In this document: positions 9,603 to 17,538 of the stretch, piece after piece
How the letters are laid out: every line of letters starts with the position of its first letter
Position numbering within the stretch: the first letter of the stretch is position 1
DNA from: a virus
Lineage: Duplodnaviria > Caudoviricetes
DNA length: 34,677 bases
IMG/VR virus record: IMGVR_UViG_3300017754_002862
Span: 1-34,677 of that record
Strand: one strand, 5' to 3'
The notes under the pieces: model-generated
Seen by the model: the letters and a program-made list of their open reading frames with translations, nothing else
Told to the model about the DNA's origin: nothing
Databases searched by the model: none
Made by a program: the position numbers and the translations under genes

Positions 9603-10521
9603 ACTCTAACTCCGTAATGTGGTAAGGTTGATTGGGGTAATTTTGCATGTGGTACAAAGGCGGTGGCAGCTTTTGTGCTTGTACATTGTTGTTTAAAGCC
9701 CATGTGTAGGCATTGTTGCCTAAAGCATAAACACGAGCTGGCTTTAGCTTACGAAGAAACAAAACATCTGTAGGTGTGCCTTGGTAGGATTGCGTGTTGA
9801 TCCAGTAGCATTGGCCCTCAGATATGCCTTCACGTTCTAAAGTGTCAGCCAACATGCGGCTTGGGCCGTCATTGTCTAAGAAGTTAATGAAGGGGACTAT
9901 GGCTGCACCGGCCTTTATGTTAGCTCTAGGGCCCTTATCACAAAGCATTAGGTAATTACCTTCCTTAAAGCAACCGCCACCTTCAGCCTCATTCTGAATG
10001 CTTGCAGCCTTAATCTTTTCTATCAGATCATCTACTTCATCGTATTGGTAGTCATAGTGCACAACCGGCAATGATGTCTGGTACTTTAGCGTTTCATACT
10101 CGTTGTAGACTGCACTAAGCTGTGTAACAGTATCAAGGTATTCCTGATCTTGTCTATCTACAAAAGTATTGACGCATAAAGTAAAGTCAGGCTGGCAATG
10201 CACAACCACACCACCACGAGATAGTGCTACCCTTTCCAGCATACGTTTCCTAGGCATGTCCACGCGGTTGGCGCCTTTGCGATAGACATTGCCATAGATA
10301 GGCTCTGATAGCCAGCAACGATCCATGATGACATGGTCATTGTATGTGAGGGCCTGCGACATAGCACGGAAGTATGTCTTACATAACTCTTCAGCAACTA
10401 GGCCTTTGAAAGGGCCATGCTTAACAATTTGCGTCATGCGGTCTTGTTGGAAATGCTGTCGCAAAGCTTCTGATAAAGTTGTTTTGCCTGCCCCGTCAGG
10501 GCCTTCAAGTATGATGATCAT
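9586..10521 (-). CDS. dNMP (thymidylate-type) kinase fused to a degenerate UDG-superfamily domain
   Basis: N-terminal IILEGPDGAGKTT P-loop and VIMDRCWLSEPIYG motif. The C-terminal ~130 aa follow family-4 UDG motif order (LMLCDKGP, PF, YWIN, KPARVYALGNNA, LPPPLY). Confidence 0.8.
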   Translation of the reverse strand: MIIILEGPDGAGKTTLSEALRQHFQQDRMTQIVKHGPFKGLVAEELCKTYFRAMSQALTYNDHVIMDRCWLSEPIYGNVYRKGANRVDMPRKRMLERVALSRGGVVVHCQPDFTLCVNTFVDRQDQEYLDTVTQLSAVYNEYETLKYQTSLPVVHYDYQYDEVDDLIEKIKAASIQNEAEGGGCFKEGNYLMLCDKGPRANIKAGAAIVPFINFLDNDGPSRMLADTLEREGISEGQCYWINTQSYQGTPTDVLFLRKLKPARVYALGNNAYTWALNNNVQAQKLPPPLYHMQNYPNQPYHITELEYGPQD

Positions 10522-11414
10522 TTAAGAAAGCTTTCTAATTTTTTTAGTGTATCTTGCTTTGTTGCTAACTTTGTTGATAGTGCGATTGCCTGTTCTGCAG
10601 CCATGATGAGTTGCCGTTCATCACTCATGTTTTCAATCTCACGTAATGTGTAACTATATGCAGGACTTATGACTGCAAGTTCCTTGGGGTCACCGCCTAA
10701 GATTGCACCGGCATGTGCGGCATGTAAGTACCTAATGCGCCACCAGCCACAGCCGGCATGCGTGTATGTTGGACACAAGATGCCTTTGTATTCACCGTAT
10801 TCCCAGACAATGTCACTTTCAAGCATGCGCGGTTGGCCTAATGCCTTGCCGCCAATGCTATGTACTGGCCAACTAAGGTTTTGCTTTGTTGCCCATTCAT
10901 GCGCACCAGTTGATAGTGATGCGTTGTACCACTCATTCTTACGACGAGGCCAAGCCATTTGATGGCAGGCAGGCTGCTCATACAAAGGTGATGGATCCCA
11001 TTGCAAAATGGTGTCTACGTCAAGGCCCATCTTCTTGGTGTCACCCCAAGGAAAAAGCGGAGCAATCCACTTATGCTCACGTAAATCACTTGGGTCTATT
11101 ACATCACTCCATGAATCAAAGATTTTTTGGAATGACCAGTCATCAAGGCAAATGTATGCTGTCATGCATTCTTTTAAAACACGTTTAGCGCCTTCAGGAT
11201 GGACTGCGTTTTTATCTAATGGGTAGACATATAGGAAAACTGCGTCATACTTACGTAGATCAGTATCTGCAGTTACAGCTATGTGATCTACATCATGCCC
11301 TTGGCTAAGATATGCTTCACGCATTAGCTCGGGTATGGACACAAACTTAGTTGAGCTTGCTCTTTGAGGATGATTTGTATGCGTTTCGGTAACGCCCGTA
11401 ATGAGAATTTTCAT
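10518..11414 (-). CDS. GT-B-type (beta-glucosyltransferase-like) DNA glycosyltransferase, putative
   Basis: Start moved to ATG 11414 (MKILITG) after the AAAGGA RBS. Rossmann-like start, GHDVD, LDDW and C-terminal GWWRIRYLHAAHAGAILGGD resembling the nucleotide-sugar-binding helix of BGT-like enzymes; operon context with kinase and TS homolog. Confidence 0.6.
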   Translation of the reverse strand: MKILITGVTETHTNHPQRASSTKFVSIPELMREAYLSQGHDVDHIAVTADTDLRKYDAVFLYVYPLDKNAVHPEGAKRVLKECMTAYICLDDWSFQKIFDSWSDVIDPSDLREHKWIAPLFPWGDTKKMGLDVDTILQWDPSPLYEQPACHQMAWPRRKNEWYNASLSTGAHEWATKQNLSWPVHSIGGKALGQPRMLESDIVWEYGEYKGILCPTYTHAGCGWWRIRYLHAAHAGAILGGDPKELAVISPAYSYTLREIENMSDERQLIMAAEQAIALSTKLATKQDTLKKLESFLK

Positions 11415-11420
11415 ATGTAT

Positions 11421-11453
11421 TCCTTTCAATTATCAACAAGCGCCATTGTATCA
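11421..11453 (-). promoter_or_regulatory. Extended -10 promoter (TGaTACAAT) and leader motif for the modification operon
   Basis: Minus strand reads TGATACAAT (11445-11453) inside the helicase 3' end, then TTGATAATTGAAAGGA (11421-11436), then ATG 11414. Confidence 0.5.
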
Positions 11454-12829
11454 CGGTTGACATAGTCACGTACCGCATTCAATAGTTTTTGTTGTGTTTT
11501 GTCTTTGCGCTTGACTGCAGAAAGAATTGCTTCATCAACAGTGTCACGAGCTATGATGTGATGAACCACAATGTGATTCTTTTGACCTTGGCGCCAGAGT
11601 CTTCGAATGAACTGTTCGTAGATTTCAAGTGACCAAGTTAATGAATACCATACAACTGCATGGCCTGAGCCTTGCAAATTAAGCCCATGGCCTGCAGACA
11701 TTGGGTGTGCTAACAATACTGGTATGTTGCCTGCGTTCCAGTCATTGATAATCTTATCGAGTTTATTGCCTATCACACCACTGCCAATGATTGGCGCATT
11801 TGGGAATGCTTTTTTCAGCCTTTCCAAGTCATGCGCAAAATGGTACCCAATAATGCAAGGCTGACCTGAAAGCTCTTCAACCAGTTCTAATGCAGCATCA
11901 GTCTTGCCGTCATGTAAATGCATTGAGATTCTTCCATTGCCAGTACCATCATCATCTAAATAGGAACCACCATTGGCTATTTGCTGACCCTTCATAACTG
12001 CAATAGCTGCATTGGCAGCTGTAATGTTGCCTGAAGCCATTTCAATAGTAAGGTCATTTTCAAAGGTCGTGTAGAGCTTTTTTGCAGCAGGTGGTAGATC
12101 TATATATACATTGTTGTAAGTAAGCTCTGGAAGGTCTAGATGGTCAAGCGCCGCCATTCGTAGCACCTTGTCTTCCAGCTTTTCATAGATTCTTTGCTCA
12201 CCATCAGGTTGTAGCTTCCATTCATAGCCTCCATAACCTGAAGGATAAAAGTATTCTTGCTTGAACCGTGTTACAAAAGGCCCGAAGGTGGCGCCTTGGT
12301 CAATGATAAATTGCGGACCAAAGATGTCAAGCAGGCTGTTAGGTGCAGGTGAGCCTGTTAAAGCCCAACGACGATCAAACTTATTTAGCAAAGGCTTAAG
12401 ACACTTAAACCGTTGTGTGCCAGTATTCTTCATGTAACTGATTTCATCAATCACCAAAGTATCAAATGGCCAAGGCTTACCATTGAACTGTGCAGCTAAC
12501 CATTGCAAACCTTCATAGTTCATAACATAGATGTCATGGTTTTGCTTGAGCACTTTGTTCTTATGACCACCATGCAAGATGCCTACAGAATAATCTGCAA
12601 ACTGATCCCACTTACTAACCTCGGCAGGCCATACACCATGCACAGGACGTAAAGGCGCAAGCACAAGCATCTTCTTTGCAATAGCTTTTAACTTTAACGT
12701 ACGGTATGCTGAAAGCACAATGGCAGTTTTGCCAAGGCCCGGGTCAAGCCAAAGTGCGCCTGAGCCATGTGAAATAAGAAACTTTACAGCTTCTTTTTGA
12801 TACTCATGCGGTTCCCAATACACGATCAA
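11426..12829 (-). CDS. SNF2-family (SF2) DNA helicase
   Basis: HEYQ, LDPGLGKT (Walker A), LVIDEIS, ALTGSP, AGHGLNLQ, QFIRRLWRQGQ. The true start may be GTG 12823. Confidence 0.9.
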   Translation of the reverse strand: MIVYWEPHEYQKEAVKFLISHGSGALWLDPGLGKTAIVLSAYRTLKLKAIAKKMLVLAPLRPVHGVWPAEVSKWDQFADYSVGILHGGHKNKVLKQNHDIYVMNYEGLQWLAAQFNGKPWPFDTLVIDEISYMKNTGTQRFKCLKPLLNKFDRRWALTGSPAPNSLLDIFGPQFIIDQGATFGPFVTRFKQEYFYPSGYGGYEWKLQPDGEQRIYEKLEDKVLRMAALDHLDLPELTYNNVYIDLPPAAKKLYTTFENDLTIEMASGNITAANAAIAVMKGQQIANGGSYLDDDGTGNGRISMHLHDGKTDAALELVEELSGQPCIIGYHFAHDLERLKKAFPNAPIIGSGVIGNKLDKIINDWNAGNIPVLLAHPMSAGHGLNLQGSGHAVVWYSLTWSLEIYEQFIRRLWRQGQKNHIVVHHIIARDTVDEAILSAVKRKDKTQQKLLNAVRDYVNRDTMALVDN

Positions 12830-13091
12830 TCCCTTCTTTTGAATCTAACACATGAACTGTATGTCCAAGCTTACCAAGATCATTATGCACTTTGGCCTGA
12901 ATAGGTGCTACCTTACCGCCGGGGCGCTTTAGTTCTACCCATAACACCTCACCATTTTCCAATGGCACAATTCTGTCAGGCCAACCACGAGCAAACCTAA
13001 CATGCAATTTTAGTGTAAGTAGGCCATGCTTTTTACATTGCGCTGAAAAATACCGCTCAAGGTCGCGTTCAAGAAGCACTTTAGTTGCCAT
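12804..13091 (-). CDS. VRR-NUC domain nuclease
   Basis: ERDLE...GWPDRIV...WVELKRPGGK...Q PD-(D/E)xK pattern next to the helicase; ATG 13091 follows an AAGGA-like RBS. Confidence 0.85.
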   Translation of the reverse strand: MATKVLLERDLERYFSAQCKKHGLLTLKLHVRFARGWPDRIVPLENGEVLWVELKRPGGKVAPIQAKVHNDLGKLGHTVHVLDSKEGIDRVLGTA

Positions 13092-13494
13092 AGTTCTTTT
13101 CTTTAAGTTTGTTTTCAACAGCTATCATTAAACGTTGCTTTGATTTCCATACAATTGCCAATGCTTCACGATCACTGTCTGATAAGCCAACCCATTCAGA
13201 TGTTTGTGGCTTTGTGTAAAGTGGAATTGAATCTTTAATCTTTTGTCTTTGTATGCCGTCAATCCAACTTACGTCTTGACCATCAGTAAATGCTATGGGC
13301 ACCGGCTTGTTGATGATGGGGTTTTTATCCAAAGCATCTGCATAGCCTTGCTGGTATGAACTATCAAGTTCTTCTTGTATGACTTCCTTGACATTGCGTT
13401 CAGGCTTTTTAATTGCAAAGTAAGCAATGCACAAAGGCTCAATGATAAATACAACAATTAGTAGCCAAAAGATGATGCGTTCAAATTTTTTCAT
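13081..13494 (-). CDS. Hypothetical protein with N-terminal membrane anchor
   Basis: Hydrophobic IIFWLLIVVFIIEPLCIAYFAI; C-terminal PLYT...EWVGLSD...ENKLKEKN motif common in small phage accessory proteins. Confidence 0.55.
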   Translation of the reverse strand: MKKFERIIFWLLIVVFIIEPLCIAYFAIKKPERNVKEVIQEELDSSYQQGYADALDKNPIINKPVPIAFTDGQDVSWIDGIQRQKIKDSIPLYTKPQTSEWVGLSDSDREALAIVWKSKQRLMIAVENKLKEKNYGN

Positions 13495-13682
13495 TTGTTC
13501 TTCTCCAATGTAGCCAGTCGGTCGCCTAACTCACGTATTAGCATACGAGCCACAGTTAGTTCTTCCATTAGGCGCAAGTAGTCAGGCATAGCTACTGATT
13601 TTGGTTGCATGTTTCGTATATACTCTTGCTTTATACGAGACTCCATCTCTATGCGGTTGAATTCTTCGTCTTCGGGTGTCAT
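13491..13682 (-). CDS. Hypothetical protein (63 aa)
   Basis: GAGGAG RBS; ATGA coupling to the next gene; coiled-coil-like C-terminus. Confidence 0.6.
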   Translation of the reverse strand: MTPEDEEFNRIEMESRIKQEYIRNMQPKSVAMPDYLRLMEELTVARMLIRELGDRLATLEKNK

Positions 13683-13685
13683 GGC

Positions 13686-13880
13686 TTACTCCTCAAAGTC
13701 TTCAAGTTGCTCTTCAATCATTGCTTTTTTGTCTTCAGCATACAAAGCACCAAAGGGTACAAAGTGGTTTTCTTGACAACAACTAATTTTGCCGCTTTTA
13801 GGTTCACAGCAATAGCAGCAATAAGGGCCACTTTCTTTTAGCTCTTTAATGATCTCAGTTTTCATTTCATCTTTAGTCAT
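13686..13880 (-). CDS. Small Cys-rich putative metal-binding protein
   Basis: AGGAG RBS; YCCYCC...SCCQENH cluster in 64 aa. Confidence 0.6.
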   Translation of the reverse strand: MTKDEMKTEIIKELKESGPYCCYCCEPKSGKISCCQENHFVPFGALYAEDKKAMIEEQLEDFEE

Positions 13881-13892
13881 ATAGTTCTCCTA

Positions 13893-14534
13893 TTACCATT
13901 GACAAGGACCGCCATTAGATTTGCGAAAGTGACACCACCTACAGCCATAGTCAGGCTTTGGTGCATACACATCATCATTCTCAATCTTGGTGATGCGATT
14001 GGTTAACCACGTTTTCAATTCATCAAGCTGTTCACGAGTGTACGTTGTAAGCTGTACACGCTTTTTCAAATCAATGTAACAAACCTCAGTTGATACGCTA
14101 TTAATCTCAGGATAAGAAGCCAAAAGCACAGTGGCGTACAGCTTTAACTGGTCGCCATAGTCACGTTCTTTGCCAGTCTTCCAGTCAAGTACATGCGCAC
14201 GTTTTTCTGAAGAATTAAAGTACGTAGCATCATAGATGCCCCGTACCCATGCATTCTCATCTTTAAAGCCGCAAGGTTGCCAATCTTTAGTTACCGCAAA
14301 TTCAGCCTCGCTTTTTGCGCCATACGTAATGAGCTCATTAATGTAGTCACTCCAAAAAGCATATGCCTCATCAAGGAAGGGCAATGCAGTTAAGGCTTGT
14401 TCAAACTCGTAATGTATATCCTTGCCACGTTGTGCAGCATCACCTGTAGGTTCTTGTCGATGCTCAATGCGAGTAAGTTTGTATTTGTATGGGCATTGCT
14501 CATACGATTTGATGCCTGAATTGCTATACGCCAC
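13893..14534 (-). CDS. Cas4/RecB-like PD-(D/E)xK exonuclease
   Basis: N-terminal QCPYKY, RGKDIH, GIYD, VLDWKTG, QLKLYA and C-terminal CRWC...C (four-Cys cluster). Confidence 0.85.
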   Translation of the reverse strand: MAYSNSGIKSYEQCPYKYKLTRIEHRQEPTGDAAQRGKDIHYEFEQALTALPFLDEAYAFWSDYINELITYGAKSEAEFAVTKDWQPCGFKDENAWVRGIYDATYFNSSEKRAHVLDWKTGKERDYGDQLKLYATVLLASYPEINSVSTEVCYIDLKKRVQLTTYTREQLDELKTWLTNRITKIENDDVYAPKPDYGCRWCHFRKSNGGPCQW

Positions 14535-14567
14535 AATGTGCTCCCGCTTCTTTATAGTTAATTGAAA

Positions 14568-15329
14568 TCATACATGCCTCATGTGAATCATAGGCGTGCA
14601 GTTGAAAAAGTTCTTATAGACAAAATGTTCTTTGCGATGTACAGCAAACATGTTTTTAGAACGTAAGTATGTGTAAAAGTTTTTCTTGATCTGTCTGTTG
14701 GTGTACACCTTATCATCAAAGCCTACGTACCTATAAAAATGCCCCGGTGCTTTTACAGAAAAACTAGAATTTTCAACCAAGTACTTCATGTCACCAAGCT
14801 GGTCAAACAAAGTATGTGGCTCAATAAAGTGTTCAAAGCATTCAAAGGCAAACACAGCATCTACGGGCACAGGCGTTTCAACATGCTGAATGTTGTTTAC
14901 CCCTATTAGACCTAATACCTCAAACAATGCTTTAGCTCTTTCAATTTGAGCAGGCGCAGTTTGATGATAATAAATTGTTGAGTTAGGAAATGCTTTTGCA
15001 AGCACTACACTAGAACGGCCATCTCCACCATACAAGTCAAGTATAGTTTCAGGCACAATGTTTAAGTCATTAAAAAACTTTAAGGACGTTATCAAGTTGA
15101 TTCGAGTGTAGTACTTAAAGCACACATCAAGATTGTTGATATACTTTGGGTGGTCATACACACTAAAGTTGTAAGCAATGTCTTTAGGGTGCTCGGTTGA
15201 GCCAACGTGATGGTTAGCATACCAAATGTCATTAAGCATGTCATCAACCTCAAGCATTTCTGCTTTAGACTTTGTACACGCTTTTGCGTATGCTGATGAT
15301 TGACTTTTAGCGTCTTTGATGCAAATCAT
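14568..15329 (-). CDS. Class I SAM-dependent methyltransferase (small-molecule/sugar type)
   Basis: ILDLYGGDG SAM-binding motif and VDAVFAFECFEHF motif. No DPPY/NPPY or PC motif of DNA methyltransferases. ATGA-coupled to the polymerase stop. Confidence 0.7.
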   Translation of the reverse strand: MICIKDAKSQSSAYAKACTKSKAEMLEVDDMLNDIWYANHHVGSTEHPKDIAYNFSVYDHPKYINNLDVCFKYYTRINLITSLKFFNDLNIVPETILDLYGGDGRSSVVLAKAFPNSTIYYHQTAPAQIERAKALFEVLGLIGVNNIQHVETPVPVDAVFAFECFEHFIEPHTLFDQLGDMKYLVENSSFSVKAPGHFYRYVGFDDKVYTNRQIKKNFYTYLRSKNMFAVHRKEHFVYKNFFNCTPMIHMRHV

Positions 15330-17200
15330 TTTGTGTCCTGATAGGTGTTGCCAATTTTGTAATCACTAACCATAGGTACATCCATTGCCAAAGCATTGCA
15401 CATAGACCATGTTAGCGTTTCAGCCTCGCGTTCAATGAACTCCTCAGGTGCTGAGATGACCAGTTCATCATGCACACTAAGAAGTAGCCTACTACCTTTA
15501 CGACGACTTTGGTATAGCAGCATGGCAGCCTTTGCCTGATATGCGGCAGAGCCTTGAATCAAAAGGTTGACACCTTTATAGTCAAACTCACGCAATCTAC
15601 CGTTGATAATCTTAGGCGGTTCCATCTTTACCAGACGTCCTCCAAGGGTTTTTATGGGTTGGCCTAATTTATACCTAGTACGCATGGTTGATTGCATCAT
15701 CCTGAGGCCCGGAGCCACCGCAGATGTATATGCATCCATCAACGTTTTGGCCAAAGAATAATCCACCTCCAACATCTCACTAATCTTTTGTGGGCCAGCC
15801 CCATAAAGAATAGCAAAGGATACCCCCTTGGAATAAGTACGTGATACTTCTTGATTGGCAGCCTCTGACATGAGTTTGGCAGCATACGTATGCAAATCTG
15901 CACGTGCATCTTCTTGATACTGCTTCATAAGGTTACCACCTTCAAAGTGTGCAAAGATCCATAGCTCTTGTGCATTGAAGTCGCATGCCACCAGCTTATG
16001 GCCTTCATCAGGAAGAATGAAACTACGTATAAGTGGCAATGGCGCAATGTCTAAGTCTGTTGGAATGAGGATTTCGTTTCTTCCCATTCCTGTGGTTGCT
16101 CCGGCAGCGACAATTTTCGGATAACGGACAGGCGCATTTTGAAAGTTGGGGGTAGAAGAAAGTCTGCCGGTACGTGTGCCGCCACGTTCACCTCGAACAC
16201 TATTCCAGTTGGTGTAGATTCGACCTGTAGATGCAGAAGCTTCAAGCCAGGGCTCAATGAAAGTTGACAAACATGTTGATAAGTTGGCTCTATATCGTAG
16301 GACACCTTTTAACTCCTCATGTGTAATTAGTTCATCCAAGGTTTCTTTGTCAGCCCTAGGCTGACCTTTGTCAGTTGTAGGCCACCCATTTGTTTTGTCC
16401 CAGTAATTGGTGAGATAAATACTATCGACTAACTGTTTATCGCTGTCAATATTTATTTCAGGAGACTTCAATAATGCGCGTACCCAGACACTACATTTCT
16501 CAATATCTACTATTGCTTGCTGCTTGGCTTGTTGCAAACCTTCCCTATCCACACGTACACCTAGACGTGAGTTTTCAAGCAACATGGGCATCAAAGCCAT
16601 CTCACGTTGATAAGCCTCATCTTGTGCAGGCACCACATGCTCGTAAAGATGCGCAAAAAGCAAAGAAGTAAGCCTTACATCAGCTGAAGCATAACGACCT
16701 ACAAGATCCACTGGACCACGACAGATGTATGCACCCCAAGTGGACTTTTTACGATGTGCTTCAGGAACGTTTGCAATAATCCAATCACGCAATTCATCAC
16801 GTTCATCAGGCTTTGCAAGCCCATAGGTAGTTACCAATTCTTTTAACGAAAGAGATTGGACATGTGGGTCATGCAGGAAAGCAAGAATAAGAGTATCATG
16901 TATCCTATAGGGTTCAGGTAAAGGAAGATCAAGATGAGTTTCGGCAACATCAAGATCAAACATAGCGTTATGAAAACAGATTTCACGATCAGATTCATAA
17001 ATCAATTCCAAAATTGTTTTCACAATTGCTTTGGTTGAGTTGTTACCCGTTGTGTGACCAAATGCATGATAGCCATCAGGGTATTCACCTTCAGGGTCAT
17101 AAATGGCCAAGCCAACGGGCACAGGCGGATACTTTGGCCGAGCTTCAATGCCTTCGGTTTCAAAGTCTAAAAAGACTGGTTTTTTCATACGGGGTTTCAT
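15326..17200 (-). CDS. polA: Family A DNA polymerase with 3'-5' exonuclease
   Basis: Exo motifs LDFET, HNAMFD, YASAD; TRTGRLSS; motif A DFNAQEL; motif B RTYSKGVSFAILYG (Phe at the 762-equivalent); motif C VHDEL. Confidence 0.95.
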   Translation of the reverse strand: MKPRMKKPVFLDFETEGIEARPKYPPVPVGLAIYDPEGEYPDGYHAFGHTTGNNSTKAIVKTILELIYESDREICFHNAMFDLDVAETHLDLPLPEPYRIHDTLILAFLHDPHVQSLSLKELVTTYGLAKPDERDELRDWIIANVPEAHRKKSTWGAYICRGPVDLVGRYASADVRLTSLLFAHLYEHVVPAQDEAYQREMALMPMLLENSRLGVRVDREGLQQAKQQAIVDIEKCSVWVRALLKSPEINIDSDKQLVDSIYLTNYWDKTNGWPTTDKGQPRADKETLDELITHEELKGVLRYRANLSTCLSTFIEPWLEASASTGRIYTNWNSVRGERGGTRTGRLSSTPNFQNAPVRYPKIVAAGATTGMGRNEILIPTDLDIAPLPLIRSFILPDEGHKLVACDFNAQELWIFAHFEGGNLMKQYQEDARADLHTYAAKLMSEAANQEVSRTYSKGVSFAILYGAGPQKISEMLEVDYSLAKTLMDAYTSAVAPGLRMMQSTMRTRYKLGQPIKTLGGRLVKMEPPKIINGRLREFDYKGVNLLIQGSAAYQAKAAMLLYQSRRKGSRLLLSVHDELVISAPEEFIEREAETLTWSMCNALAMDVPMVSDYKIGNTYQDTK

Positions 17201-17385
17201 TAATTAGTGTCCCTTGGAAGACATAAGAACGTGCGGTTTTGCGTAGGTGAAGCTGCCTTTTGCTTTGCAATCAGTTGCGTTGCAACTTTTAGGCATGCAT
17301 CTTTAGTTTTAAAAGTTTCAATGCTTGAAGGATCAGACATAGCACCATTTGTCATGGTTACTACAACTAAAACAAACGCATACAC
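17200..17385 (-). CDS. Small hypothetical protein with hydrophobic N-terminus and two Cys
   Basis: GTG 17385 after GGAG gives MYAFVLVVVTMTNG...FKTKDACL...FLCLP; TAATG overlap with the polymerase start. Confidence 0.55.
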   Translation of the reverse strand: MYAFVLVVVTMTNGAMSDPSSIETFKTKDACLKVATQLIAKQKAASPTQNRTFLCLPRDTN

Positions 17386-17386
17386 T

Positions 17387-17491
17387 TTATGGTCTCCAAA
17401 TAAATAAGTCGAAGATGATTGCCAGCATTGCAATGGCTGTCAGCAAATACAAGTATTTATTGAACCATGCGATGTTATCGGGATCTATCAT
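17387..17491 (-). CDS. 34-aa single-pass membrane peptide (absent from the ORF track)
   Basis: MIDPDNIAWFNKYLYLLTAIAMLAIIFDLFIWRP, directly after the TTGAAAGGTA leader motif. Confidence 0.65.
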   Translation of the reverse strand: MIDPDNIAWFNKYLYLLTAIAMLAIIFDLFIWRP

Positions 17492-17496
17492 ATGCA

Positions 17497-17532
17497 TACC
17501 TTTCAAAAACAAATGGGGGCACAAGGCCCCCC
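17497..17532 (-). terminator. Intrinsic terminator-like hairpin fused to leader motif
   Basis: Minus strand GGGGGC-CTTGT-GCCCCC followed by ATTTGTTTTTGAAAGGTA, just after the stop of the SSB-like gene. Confidence 0.65.
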
Positions 17533-17538
17533 GACAAA

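Noticed and set aside
11415-11429. ORF-track TTG starts (MKGIH here, also MKGIY at 19904 and MTIEKECK at 21248)
   Set aside because: They arise from translating the TTGA...AAGG leader motif; the downstream ATGs have proper SD spacing.
13893-14534. CRISPR-associated cas4
   Set aside because: No array or other cas genes; standalone Cas4-like exonucleases are common in phage replication modules.
14568-15329. DNA adenine or cytosine methyltransferase
   Set aside because: No (D/N/S)PP(Y/F) or PC catalytic motif.
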